In this document: positions 9,613 through 20,280 of the stretch, piece by piece | Layout of the letters: each line of letters starts with the position of its first letter | Numbering within the stretch: position 1 is the first letter of the stretch | Source of the DNA: a virus | Taxonomy: Duplodnaviria > Caudoviricetes | Strand: one strand, 5' to 3' | DNA length: 64,000 nucleotides | IMG/VR virus record: IMGVR_UViG_3300042975_000096 | Notes under the pieces: generated by a model | Database searches by the model: none | What the model was told of the DNA's origin: nothing | The model's input: the letters and a program-made list of their open reading frames with translations, nothing else | Made by a program: the position numbers and the translations under genes

Positions 9613-10338
9613 TTGGCAGATATAACCGCTTATCATTCTATTGATAATGTAGATTTTTCCGCTTCTAATTTATGGTACAAAAGTTTAGCAGATGTTCAAA
9701 TTTCAGTTTCATTACATCTTCAAGTAGACAAAAAAGTAACAATGAAAACTGAATTTAAATCAGCTAATGCTGTTGCAACAAAAAACGCAGATGGAAGTAT
9801 TTTATCGGATGGATTTGAAACCATTTCTACAGATACAACCAGCTTCAATACAAACAGAACAGCAACGATTCCATACACAAAATTACAAGTGGGAACAAAT
9901 ACTGTAAGAATTACAATTACAGACGAAGTTCCTCCTAGCGGACAAACTGGTGTTTCTGTTTTTACACATGATGTTGTTGTGGAAAACAGAGATTCTTTTA
10001 AAATTAATAGAAGTTATGATTTCGCAAAAGAATATTTAATTTCAGGCTCAGGCACAATCACTAATGCAAATGGATTTTCAGTTACAACGTCAAACGGTGT
10101 AAGAAAATCATTAGTCATTCCACGCAAATCAATTGAAATGGATGGTCGTGCCAAAATAAAAAGCATTAGCGTTATTGGTGATAAAGATACCATTGGCAAG
10201 TGTGAAAAAGATGTTACTGTTAATAAACAAGAAGATATGGGTGATTGCTATATGCAAACCATTCCATTCACTGATATATTAACATTTCAAAAAATCGATA
10301 AAGTACAAGCAATCAATGCAATTGATGCAACTAGATAA
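9613..10338 (+). CDS. Hypothetical virion protein, Ig-like
   Basis: LQVGTNTVRITITD Ig-like strand; GAGGTG RBS. Confidence 0.55.
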   Translation: MADITAYHSIDNVDFSASNLWYKSLADVQISVSLHLQVDKKVTMKTEFKSANAVATKNADGSILSDGFETISTDTTSFNTNRTATIPYTKLQVGTNTVRITITDEVPPSGQTGVSVFTHDVVVENRDSFKINRSYDFAKEYLISGSGTITNANGFSVTTSNGVRKSLVIPRKSIEMDGRAKIKSISVIGDKDTIGKCEKDVTVNKQEDMGDCYMQTIPFTDILTFQKIDKVQAINAIDATR

Positions 10339-10353
10339 AGGTGGTGAATATTA

Positions 10354-11649
10354 ATGGCAGGTGGAGTTTTTGGTGGCGGTGATGGTTCTCAAAAATCACC
10401 ATTCTTAATAGAAGACGGTGCAGATTTATATCAAATGAGAAATCATCCTACCTCCTATTTTAAATTAATCTCAAACATTAATTTAGGTGAACCACCATAT
10501 AATGAAAAACGTGGCTGGGAACCAATTAATAGTTTCCGTGGGAGATTAGATGGAAATTATAAAAAAATATTTAATTTAACAATTACTAGACAGGATGAAG
10601 ATGATATTGGTCTTTTTAGTGTAATTGATGCAAATGCATGTGGAACATCAACACCATGTTATAATGTTTGTTTTGAAGAAACAAATATTATTGGTGGTAA
10701 TAATGTCGGTGCACTTTGCGGTAGATTTATTCATAATAATGACACATGGATTGGAAAAATTGATTTTTCAATCATTCAAAATTGTTATGTAGATGGAAAC
10801 ATTGAAGGTAAAAATAACGTTGGTGGATTTATTGGTAAAATCGATTCTTCAGCAAGTGCAACACAAAATAGACAATTGCCAATCGCAAGAGATTCTATTT
10901 CAAACTGTTCTTTAGCATTATCAAATGCAGATTCTACATTTATTGGTCAATTCGTTGGAATTATATCTGATAAATGGAACAATAGTTGCCAATACACACA
11001 TCCAAATTTTTACAACACATTGGCAACGGGCAGTATTTCTCCAAATTCAAAAACGCCAACAAAACCAGGTAATTACTTCTATGATTTGTATAATCAAGGC
11101 GTTTATACGAATTCTTATATGGATAATGCTCTTTGGGGATTTACAAATTTTGGAGATACTACACTTAAATGTATGGATACGTCTGAATTGAAATCAATCG
11201 CAAATCAAGCTGATTTTGCAACAATATTGAATGACGATAAGATTTCTCATAAATTCAGTTTATACGATGGGAGATATGTACAATTAGCATATCAAAGCCC
11301 TGATTATTTCTTCATTAAGGCTGACGATAATTTCTATACTTATGATTTTACAACTTCAAAATGGATTTTAAAATACAATCTAACTCCTTCTAGACAACAA
11401 GCAATTATCAACGGAATGCGAGCTTTACAGGATGTTCCACAAACAGCATGGGATTATTTCAAAACATTCCAAAATGTAAGTATAATTGATATTCTAGACA
11501 AAAAAGATAGTACACTTCAAACAACACAAGAAACAGAATTAGATATAGATGCTACACATACTAGTGACGATAATAAAAAAATGATTGTAAAACAAAAATT
11601 TTATTTTAACACTAGAATCGGTAATCTATCTAAATTGACAGGATGGTGA
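10354..11649 (+). CDS. GLUG-motif protein, paralog 1
   Basis: FGGGDGSQKSPFLIED..DL N-terminus; GNNVGALCG and KNNVGGFIG repeats. Confidence 0.8.
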   Translation: MAGGVFGGGDGSQKSPFLIEDGADLYQMRNHPTSYFKLISNINLGEPPYNEKRGWEPINSFRGRLDGNYKKIFNLTITRQDEDDIGLFSVIDANACGTSTPCYNVCFEETNIIGGNNVGALCGRFIHNNDTWIGKIDFSIIQNCYVDGNIEGKNNVGGFIGKIDSSASATQNRQLPIARDSISNCSLALSNADSTFIGQFVGIISDKWNNSCQYTHPNFYNTLATGSISPNSKTPTKPGNYFYDLYNQGVYTNSYMDNALWGFTNFGDTTLKCMDTSELKSIANQADFATILNDDKISHKFSLYDGRYVQLAYQSPDYFFIKADDNFYTYDFTTSKWILKYNLTPSRQQAIINGMRALQDVPQTAWDYFKTFQNVSIIDILDKKDSTLQTTQETELDIDATHTSDDNKKMIVKQKFYFNTRIGNLSKLTGW

Positions 11650-11656
11650 TTCTATA

Positions 11657-12937
11657 ATGGCTAATGGTTACTTTGGTGGGGGAGATGGAACTCCTGCTAA
11701 TCCATTTTTAATTGAAGATGCTGATGATTTAAATTCAATCAGAAAACATTTAGGTAGTAGTTATAAAATAATAAATGATATAAATTTAGCTGATGGTAAA
11801 TACAATGTAGAACAAGGATGGAATCCTATTGATAATTTTACAGGAACGTTAGATGGACAAAATCATAAATTAATTAATTTATATATTAATCGTCCTGCAC
11901 AAGATAATGTAGGATTATTTGGTCATGTACATGCCAACAATACAATCACAGTCAATAATTTACAAATAATTGATTGTGATATAACAGGGCATAATCAAGT
12001 TGGTTCGCTATTGGGATATAATGAAAATCCTTCTTGGGAATTTAATAGCTCATATACAGTTAATAATGTTTATGTTAAAGGAAAAATAACTGGTAATGCA
12101 AATGTAAGTGGTTTGATTGGTTATATAGGCATTATTGGTATTAATGGGGAATATCTTGATAAAGAAATTCGCACTTCCTTTACAATTAATTTAAATAATA
12201 TTTTTTGCAATGTTAATATTTCAAGCAATGACAACATTGCTTATGGTATAACTAAAATTATCGCAAATCGAATATCTGGTAGCAATTGCAATAGTCAATG
12301 GAATTGTAATTGTGTAACACAAGCATCTATTACTTTTACTAACTGTTTTACTATTATGCATAAAAACGATAAGATTTTAACTTATTATGCAATTTGCAAT
12401 CCTGAAAACAATAACAACACATACGCTTGTTATACAGATAACACGGAAATTTCTCCTATTATTTATTCAGGAACAGATTATGCTAATCTTCAAAATATAA
12501 AATTTCAAAATGGTTGGCTTCCAAAAATAGACCCAACTTATTATAATAAACAAATTGCCAAACAACCTGAACCTGTATTGTTGAATTTAAATAACATCTA
12601 TGTATTCTTTAATAATGGATATTACACTTATGATTTATCAACAAAAACGTGGACAAGAAAATATACCACTTTAGATAACAACAATTCAAAGAAAATAATT
12701 CAAAATGGAATGAATAAATTGGATTTCAATCACATTCCACAAGAAGTTTGGGTTACATTGAGCAAACAATATTCAGAAATTAAAGTGGTTAATTGTATTA
12801 ATGCACATGATAAAATATTGTATCATGAAAGCAGAGTTACATTGCCAACATATACAACTTCTGAAAGCAAAAATATTGTAAAGAAAAAAATAAAATTCGA
12901 AGACTTTAATAATAATATTACGAAAATTATAAAATAA
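11657..12937 (+). CDS. GLUG-motif protein, paralog 2
   Basis: FGGGDGTPANPFLIED; NVGLFG; NQVGSLLG. Confidence 0.8.
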   Translation: MANGYFGGGDGTPANPFLIEDADDLNSIRKHLGSSYKIINDINLADGKYNVEQGWNPIDNFTGTLDGQNHKLINLYINRPAQDNVGLFGHVHANNTITVNNLQIIDCDITGHNQVGSLLGYNENPSWEFNSSYTVNNVYVKGKITGNANVSGLIGYIGIIGINGEYLDKEIRTSFTINLNNIFCNVNISSNDNIAYGITKIIANRISGSNCNSQWNCNCVTQASITFTNCFTIMHKNDKILTYYAICNPENNNNTYACYTDNTEISPIIYSGTDYANLQNIKFQNGWLPKIDPTYYNKQIAKQPEPVLLNLNNIYVFFNNGYYTYDLSTKTWTRKYTTLDNNNSKKIIQNGMNKLDFNHIPQEVWVTLSKQYSEIKVVNCINAHDKILYHESRVTLPTYTTSESKNIVKKKIKFEDFNNNITKIIK

Positions 12938-12952
12938 GGCAGGTGATTAGAT

Positions 12953-14245
12953 TTGAACGGTCACTTTGGTGGAGGAAAAGGAACGTTAGCAAACCCATAT
13001 CTTATTGAAGATATTTGGGATTTTGATAATATTCGCCATTTCCCTAATAAAAGTTTTAAATTAACAAAAAATATCAATTTCGCCACGCCCCCATTTAATG
13101 ATGGTTTTTTACCAATTGCTCATTTTGAGGGTCAATTAGATGGTGATGGACATAAATTAATGAATGTTTATATCAACAAATCTAATATGGATAATGTTGG
13201 CATATTCTCTCTCGTTGATTTTGCATTAACCAATTATCAAGATGTATCCATCAGACCACATATTTGCAATCTCGTTATTGAAAATGCAAATGTAATTGGA
13301 GGTAAAAGTTCCGCAGGAATTCTAATTGGAGCTATGAATTATCATTATAATTGGGGTGTTGCCAATTATGGAGAATATTTAAATAATATTTATGTTAGTG
13401 GTACAGTTAGTGGTTATAACTATAACGGAGCATTGATTGGATATTTATATTTTGAACATGACAATTGGCAAAACACTTTTGCTAAAAACATTCAATGCAA
13501 CGTTGTATTAAAACCACAATTAAATTTAACATATAATTCTCCGTTATTTGGTTACATTAAATCTAATGAACAATCATATATCAACACTATTGAATTAATA
13601 AAAGATTCATTTATTGAAGCTTCTATCGATGATTCATTAGTTACATTATCTATGAATAATTGTAGTTCTCACGTTAATTCAAATGCAGGACAAAATGATA
13701 CATATCATTATAGATGCAACAATGTTATTCTAAATCAGGATAAATGGAATGGAAAACATTCTACTTATATTAATGAAATGACTTATGCTGATATTTGTTT
13801 GGCTTATAAAATGAGTGGTTTTAAATCCAATATAACTGATATAAATAAATGGTATTTACGTTATAATATTGCCCCACAATTGTTAGAATTGAATAATAAT
13901 TTATATTTTGTATCTGCAAATAATAAATTTTATACTTATGATTCTGACAAAGATTTATTTAATCAGGTTTATATTTTCGATTATGAACAAGCCGTTGCTA
14001 ATAAAGGGATTACTAATTTATCTGATTTATCAGTTAATTTCTTTAAATCTGCACATAAAACATTCGGTGATTCATATAAGATTGTAAATATAATTGATAA
14101 AAATAATGGTGTTATATTAAATAATGATACTGAAATTGTTTTAACTAGAGATGCAACAAAAGATTATGATTCAAAATATGTTTATAGAAAAAAAGTAAGC
14201 TTTTCTACTATAACAGGTGATATTGATTCTATTGTCGATGAATAA
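12953..14245 (+). CDS. GLUG-motif protein, paralog 3
   Basis: FGGGKGTLANPYLIED; LDGDGHKL; NGALIG. Confidence 0.8.
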   Translation: MNGHFGGGKGTLANPYLIEDIWDFDNIRHFPNKSFKLTKNINFATPPFNDGFLPIAHFEGQLDGDGHKLMNVYINKSNMDNVGIFSLVDFALTNYQDVSIRPHICNLVIENANVIGGKSSAGILIGAMNYHYNWGVANYGEYLNNIYVSGTVSGYNYNGALIGYLYFEHDNWQNTFAKNIQCNVVLKPQLNLTYNSPLFGYIKSNEQSYINTIELIKDSFIEASIDDSLVTLSMNNCSSHVNSNAGQNDTYHYRCNNVILNQDKWNGKHSTYINEMTYADICLAYKMSGFKSNITDINKWYLRYNIAPQLLELNNNLYFVSANNKFYTYDSDKDLFNQVYIFDYEQAVANKGITNLSDLSVNFFKSAHKTFGDSYKIVNIIDKNNGVILNNDTEIVLTRDATKDYDSKYVYRKKVSFSTITGDIDSIVDE

Positions 14246-14254
14246 TAATGGACG

Positions 14255-15555
14255 GTGATAATTTTGGCAAGTGGAAAATTTGGTGGCGGTAATGGTTCAG
14301 CTAGTACCCCATACTTAATAGAAGATGTAAAAGACTTAAATGCAATTCGTTTCTTCCCTGATAAATGTTTCAAATTAACGCAGAGCATTAATCTTAGCGT
14401 TTATCCTTATAATACAAATTCAGGTTGGCTTCCAATTGCAAACTTTTGTGGTCAATTAGATGGCGATGGTCACAAAATAATTAATTTGTACATTAATAGA
14501 CCTAATATTGATAACGTTGGATTTTTCTCTGTTATTTTCAAAAAAACGAACATTGATTTGGTTGTAAAGAATTTATACTTTGACAACGCTACAGTTTATG
14601 GAAATAATAATGTCGGCGTTGTGGCAGGAGCAATCAATATTCAAGAAACAGTTGCCCCACAAACGAACTATTTCTTTGAAAAATTAAAAATTACAGGCAC
14701 AATTAATGGTAGCAATCAAGTCGGTGCAGTATTAGGAAGAATTTATTGGGATGGAACTTTTGCATGGACTCCTAATTTCATTCTTAATTCAAGAACAACA
14801 GTTAAAGTTACTGTTAAGTCTTCTGGCGTTGACTATTCAGGATTGGTTGGATATGGTGCATTATCTAGAGGAACAATAAAAGTTTCTCACTTCATATCCG
14901 ATTGTAGTTTCAGTAACATTGTTGCTGGTGCTACCACAACCTTAAATCCAAATCATTGGACAAGAACTGATACAAATGGAATTACTTATGATAATTCGTT
15001 CTACAGTTCTGATACATGGACTTATGGAACAAAAACAAATAACAAAACAAATCAAGAATTATCCGTTGTTACTTTGGGTGATTTTGATAAACAAATAAAC
15101 CCTGACGGACTTTGGTTTGGAGTTTTAAAAAGAATGATAGAGTTGTAGACTTGAATCTCTTCTTATTCAAAAAGCATTTTATAAAAACTTCTAAGGGATA
15201 TTATATATATGACTTTGATAAATCACAATGGGTAAAGAAGTTTGATAAACCTTATACTCGTGAACAATTGATTGCTAACGCAATGGACAATGTAGATAAT
15301 ATTCCATTTAAAGGATGGGATGCATTAAAAGCATTACTTCCTTCAGGAGAAACTACTTTTGATTTGATTGACATAATTGAAGATTCTAATGGAACTACGT
15401 ATACAGAATCTATATTAAACATGGATTTGGATTCTACACATACGGCAGGTACAGATAAAAAATTATTCTCAAAAAAAATCACATTCGTTGATTCTAATGG
15501 CAAAAAATTATATGGCGATACAATTGTTCAAATTGATAAAGGAATTATAAAATAA
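14255..15555 (+). CDS. GLUG-motif protein, paralog 4 (split by 1-nt indel near 15110)
   Basis: 14255-15148 supplies the GLUG domain; 15112-15555 supplies the C-terminal module shared with the other paralogs. Confidence 0.75.
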
Positions 15556-15569
15556 GAGGTGTTTTACTA

Positions 15570-16778
15570 ATGGCTAATGGAAAATTTGGTACTCCTACGG
15601 GAACAGGTACAGTTGGTACAGATGCAAATCCATACATTATTGAAGATGGATATGATTTAGCAGCAATCAAAAATGATTTGTCTGCATACTATAAATTGTC
15701 TAAATCTGTTGATTTAACAAAAATTTGTAACGAATCTGACGGAACAGGTTGGACTCCAATTGAAGGATTCAACGGGGTTCTTGATGGTAGTGGATTCATG
15801 ATTAAAAATCTTTTCATTAATCGCGTTGCTGATAATCAGGCTTTATTCTCCACTACTCGCGGAGCAACAATTATGAATATCGGTTTGATTGATGCAAATG
15901 TTACAGGTGGAACGAATAATACTTCATTATTCGTCGGAAATATGACTTCTTACGATGACGTTTTGAAGAACTGTTTCTCTACAGGCGTTGTTACTTCTGA
16001 TTCTAATGTAAGCGGATTGGTAGGTACGCTTAATGGCGGTACAATCAGAAATTGCTATTCTTTAGCTTCTGTTGTCTGCACGAATACATCTTCTTCTAAC
16101 GGTGCAGGATTGGTTGGTATTATGGCACTTTCACAATCCTCAATCATTAAAAGTTATTATAATGGCAAAATTACAGGCGCAACCAACTTTCAACCCTACG
16201 TTGCAACTAACACGGCTGGTGGTTCAATTAATGATTGCCATTACAACTCTGATAATGTCGCTCTTGCTGCCAAAGCTTCAGGCGCATTATCTCAATCTGA
16301 CATGCAAAATCCAGACAATTTCAAATCATGGACAGACGAATATTATAACTATGATAAAGCTGTTTGGGTGCTTCGTAATGGTTCTGTTCCTCAGTTATTT
16401 TATACAGAAGCTACTAAGTATTTCATCTCTATTGTTAAGGATACAAAAACAGTTTTCTTAACATTCAAAGATAATACTTGGACTACATTAATGAATGATG
16501 ATGGTTCTGCCGTTACATTCCCAACTGCTGAACAGTTTACACAGCATGGTATTACCGATAATGAATTATCTGCCATTTCTCGTTTCAAATGGAATGAATT
16601 AAGACAGTATAATGAATTCGAACTTATTGCTTCTACAGATAAATATATCATTGATAGACAGATTGAAACTAAGAAAATGGAGTTAACACAAGAATTAACT
16701 GATGCTTTAGTTTTGTCAACGACTATTGATTTTAGTAAATATGGAGATTCAATTAATCAGATTAAAATCACTCAATAA
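15570..16778 (+). CDS. GLUG-motif protein, paralog 5
   Basis: GTDANPYIIEDGYDL; NVSGLVG; GAGLVG. Confidence 0.8.
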   Translation: MANGKFGTPTGTGTVGTDANPYIIEDGYDLAAIKNDLSAYYKLSKSVDLTKICNESDGTGWTPIEGFNGVLDGSGFMIKNLFINRVADNQALFSTTRGATIMNIGLIDANVTGGTNNTSLFVGNMTSYDDVLKNCFSTGVVTSDSNVSGLVGTLNGGTIRNCYSLASVVCTNTSSSNGAGLVGIMALSQSSIIKSYYNGKITGATNFQPYVATNTAGGSINDCHYNSDNVALAAKASGALSQSDMQNPDNFKSWTDEYYNYDKAVWVLRNGSVPQLFYTEATKYFISIVKDTKTVFLTFKDNTWTTLMNDDGSAVTFPTAEQFTQHGITDNELSAISRFKWNELRQYNEFELIASTDKYIIDRQIETKKMELTQELTDALVLSTTIDFSKYGDSINQIKITQ

Positions 16779-16794
16779 AGGAAGGTGAATATTA

Positions 16795-19700
16795 ATGGCA
16801 AATGGTACATTTGGTGGTGGCAATGGAACACAAACAACACCATTTTTAATAGAAGATATTGCAGATTTAAATGCCATTAGAACAAAACCAACCCTTTATT
16901 ACAAACTAGTTAACAATTTAGATATGAAAGGTTCATCCTTTAACGATGCAGTTAAAGGATGGACTCCTATATCTTCATTTTCTGGATATTTTGATGGTAA
17001 TTATCATAATATTAGAAATTTAACTATAAATGATACTACTTTAAAGGGTGCAGGATTATTTGCTGATATTACCACTAAAGGAGAGTTACACAATTTAGGA
17101 TTAATTGATGTATCTATTAAAGGTGGAAGTCAGACAGGTTCTTTTGCTGGAAGTTTTAGCGGAAATAATGTAACAATAGACCGTTGTTATGTTAACGGAA
17201 AAGTTGAAGGTACTCGTGATGTTGGTGGCGTTGTTGGTCAATCTCGTTCTAGAAATAATAATACTATATCCAATGTCGTATGTGATTGTCAAGTAATCGG
17301 AACTTCTGATAATGTTGGTGGTATTTGTGGCGAATTTACTTCTATAACTGATGATGATAAAACACGTTCTATTATGAATGCGGTTATGTTTTATAATACA
17401 GTTTCAGGAAACAACTTCATTACCACAAATGCAATGATTGGTCTTGCCGATGCAATTACTTCTTATAGCGATTGTTTTTACGATTCTTCAAAAGTTTCTG
17501 AAAATTATCCTGATGAACACGCTTCAGGACAAAAAACAGCATATTTTTATGGGAATGATAATTTCAAAAAGTTGATTACGCTAACTTATATTGATAATGA
17601 TAATAAAATAAATTCATTATGGAATTTTTCTAGTGAAGATTATCCTAGACTTGGATTCGCAAATAAAAAATATACATTATTTAAAATTGATAATGTATAT
17701 AATTATTACGATTTCACAACTAATGCATTTGTTCCTATTGATGGTTCTATTTCAACTTCTATATTCTTTGCAAAAGGAATCAATCCTAATTTGGTTGAAA
17801 CAATACCTCAAACTATTTTACATGATACAATGAAAAACCATGCATTTCAAGTATTTATGTTATTTGATACAAATAATAAAAATGTATTGTATCCATATTT
17901 CAAAACATTATCCGATAAAGTTAGTGATACGAAAAAGTTGAGATTAACTACAATTAACAGAAAAGACCTTATTACGACTGATTTTAATCCAGTTTCTTCT
18001 AATGCTCAAATTACAACAATAAACGAGGTTGAAGCAACTTCTGTTCCTGTTGCAATTCGAACTGAATCAAACTCTGATTTTGATGAATCAACATTAAAAG
18101 AAATCGATGCTAGAATTTTTTATGATAAATCTTCCGTTGATTCTAATCCATTTAATGTTTCTGTCCAATCTAATACTAGTGATAGCGAATCATCAGACAG
18201 TGCATTAAATGATAATCGTACCATTTCTATTATGAGTTCTAAAGCAAATGAATATTCAGGTATCAACTTGAAGGTTGCTTCTGATACAAATAATAAAAAT
18301 ACCGATTATAACGACATTTATTCTAAAATTATTTTTGATAAATCAACTGAAAAACAAAATATTAAAGGGAATGTTTTCTACACACTGTATAATACTATTA
18401 CTACTCAAAATCGTGGTATTCACGTTAATGCAGAAGGAGAAAATAAATCTAAATATTTATTGTCTGTATCTAATGGTAAATCATGGTTGAAATACGATAC
18501 AACCACAAACAATTGGGTTACTGCTGATTTAGCAAATATCTACGAAGAAGGAATTTCTGCTGAACAATTAGCTTCTCGCGCAATCATGAATTCTTTGCCA
18601 ACTGATTATAAATCGAAAATTAAATATGCTGCTTGTATTTCTTCTGAAGCATTTAATACGGTTTTCAGTATCAAAGATATTAATATTGAATTCGAACCAA
18701 ATTCAGGCCCAACTGTCTTAGAAGCTTCTTCTACAGAAACGGATGATAATGTAACTATTTCTGGTACTGTTTTCGATAATGAAAATGATGATATTCAATA
18801 TCGTATATTGACTAAGCATCAGATTGAAACTGAATGGAAACAGTTATTACCTACTTCTGTTGACGGTTGGTTTACTCAGAAAAACAACTACTCTTTCAAA
18901 CATTCGTTCCCATTATCTTCTTTCAAGAATGGAACAAATGCTATAAAGATTCAAACAAAAGATTCTCGTGGAACTTCCTATGAAAAAATAATTTCATTTA
19001 CATTGATTGGTGGTAATCCTGAAATTAAAATTAATTCAAATAACCAATTCTATGCAAATGCTACTATTACTCATTCTCAAAATAAAAAGGTTCATTATAA
19101 GATTTTCATCAATGGTGAACAAAAAGCTCCACTCACAGGATGGACTGAATATCGTCAAACTCCATTCACTTTCGATTATACATGGCAGACTTCTGATGTA
19201 CTGAATGGTCTTCCAAATGAAATCGAAATTGTAGTAGAAGACGAAATGCAATCTCAAGCATTTACTAAATTTAATATCGTCGGTGAATATAAATCACTCT
19301 TGTTCAAAGATGAAAATAATTTCTATTATTCTACTGATACAGGCGAGATTCTTCAGCAACTCGATTTCGGTACTGTCGTTGGTGGCGTATTATCTAATAT
19401 TTATCCTGTTTGGCTCGAAAATAAAACGGGTCTTCCAATGGAAAATATTACCATTTTCGCTGACTCAACTACACAAGAAGATTTGTCTAAGATAAAGGTT
19501 TCCTTTACCACTGATGATTCAACGTTAGGTACTTCATTCGTTCCTGCTGAATCTATCGTTTATGATAAGATTATTGATAATAATGACGTTATCAAATTCT
19601 ATGTTCGTATCGATTCTGACGATGCCGTTAAATCCTTGAAGAATAAGGTATTCCGTGTCCTTGCAAAAGGAGACCCAATTGATTCATCTATTGACAATCC

Positions 19701-20166
19701 GCAAGTGACAAAAGATACTTATACTTCTTTAAGCAAAAACTATGATGTTTTAAAAGATGGTTTAGGTCTTTATAATATTAAATTGGCTAACCTTAATGAT
19801 ACAAAACAAATCAATGGCAAGAATATATTCATTGCTTATGATAAGGTTTATGTATCAGACCCGAACAAGGTTTCTAAGAACGATTTCTTAAAATCTCCTG
19901 TAAAAGATTCTGTTCGTCAACAAGATTATACGAATTATTTAGCAGACAATGCTTCTTATCAGGTTTATTCTATTGATTGGCTCAATGATTTCTGTAAAGA
20001 TACATTCAATGATACATTCAATAATCTTACTAAATCTGGTAAATTGTCTTATGAAGCTAAATTGGAATATAATGCGTTCTATGACGGTCATTATGCTTGG
20101 CTTAAAGCTGATTCCACAAATGCTTCTAAAACATTTACTCACAAATGGACACTTATGAATAGTTAA
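16795..20166 (+). CDS. Large GLUG-motif protein with Ig-like domains, paralog 6
   Basis: FGGGNGTQTTPFLIED; DVGGVVG; NVGGICG; later Ig-like segments (NGTNAIKIQTKDSRG, NEIEIVVEDE). Confidence 0.8.
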   Translation: MANGTFGGGNGTQTTPFLIEDIADLNAIRTKPTLYYKLVNNLDMKGSSFNDAVKGWTPISSFSGYFDGNYHNIRNLTINDTTLKGAGLFADITTKGELHNLGLIDVSIKGGSQTGSFAGSFSGNNVTIDRCYVNGKVEGTRDVGGVVGQSRSRNNNTISNVVCDCQVIGTSDNVGGICGEFTSITDDDKTRSIMNAVMFYNTVSGNNFITTNAMIGLADAITSYSDCFYDSSKVSENYPDEHASGQKTAYFYGNDNFKKLITLTYIDNDNKINSLWNFSSEDYPRLGFANKKYTLFKIDNVYNYYDFTTNAFVPIDGSISTSIFFAKGINPNLVETIPQTILHDTMKNHAFQVFMLFDTNNKNVLYPYFKTLSDKVSDTKKLRLTTINRKDLITTDFNPVSSNAQITTINEVEATSVPVAIRTESNSDFDESTLKEIDARIFYDKSSVDSNPFNVSVQSNTSDSESSDSALNDNRTISIMSSKANEYSGINLKVASDTNNKNTDYNDIYSKIIFDKSTEKQNIKGNVFYTLYNTITTQNRGIHVNAEGENKSKYLLSVSNGKSWLKYDTTTNNWVTADLANIYEEGISAEQLASRAIMNSLPTDYKSKIKYAACISSEAFNTVFSIKDINIEFEPNSGPTVLEASSTETDDNVTISGTVFDNENDDIQYRILTKHQIETEWKQLLPTSVDGWFTQKNNYSFKHSFPLSSFKNGTNAIKIQTKDSRGTSYEKIISFTLIGGNPEIKINSNNQFYANATITHSQNKKVHYKIFINGEQKAPLTGWTEYRQTPFTFDYTWQTSDVLNGLPNEIEIVVEDEMQSQAFTKFNIVGEYKSLLFKDENNFYYSTDTGEILQQLDFGTVVGGVLSNIYPVWLENKTGLPMENITIFADSTTQEDLSKIKVSFTTDDSTLGTSFVPAESIVYDKIIDNNDVIKFYVRIDSDDAVKSLKNKVFRVLAKGDPIDSSIDNPQVTKDTYTSLSKNYDVLKDGLGLYNIKLANLNDTKQINGKNIFIAYDKVYVSDPNKVSKNDFLKSPVKDSVRQQDYTNYLADNASYQVYSIDWLNDFCKDTFNDTFNNLTKSGKLSYEAKLEYNAFYDGHYAWLKADSTNASKTFTHKWTLMNS

Positions 20167-20280
20167 AATTTCAATGCAATGAAGTTTTTATAATATGCTT
20201 TCGACTTCATCAATACAATGATGAAGTCGAAAAATTCTTATTTTTCACTAATTTCAATACAATGGGAGTGTGATTTAAAA

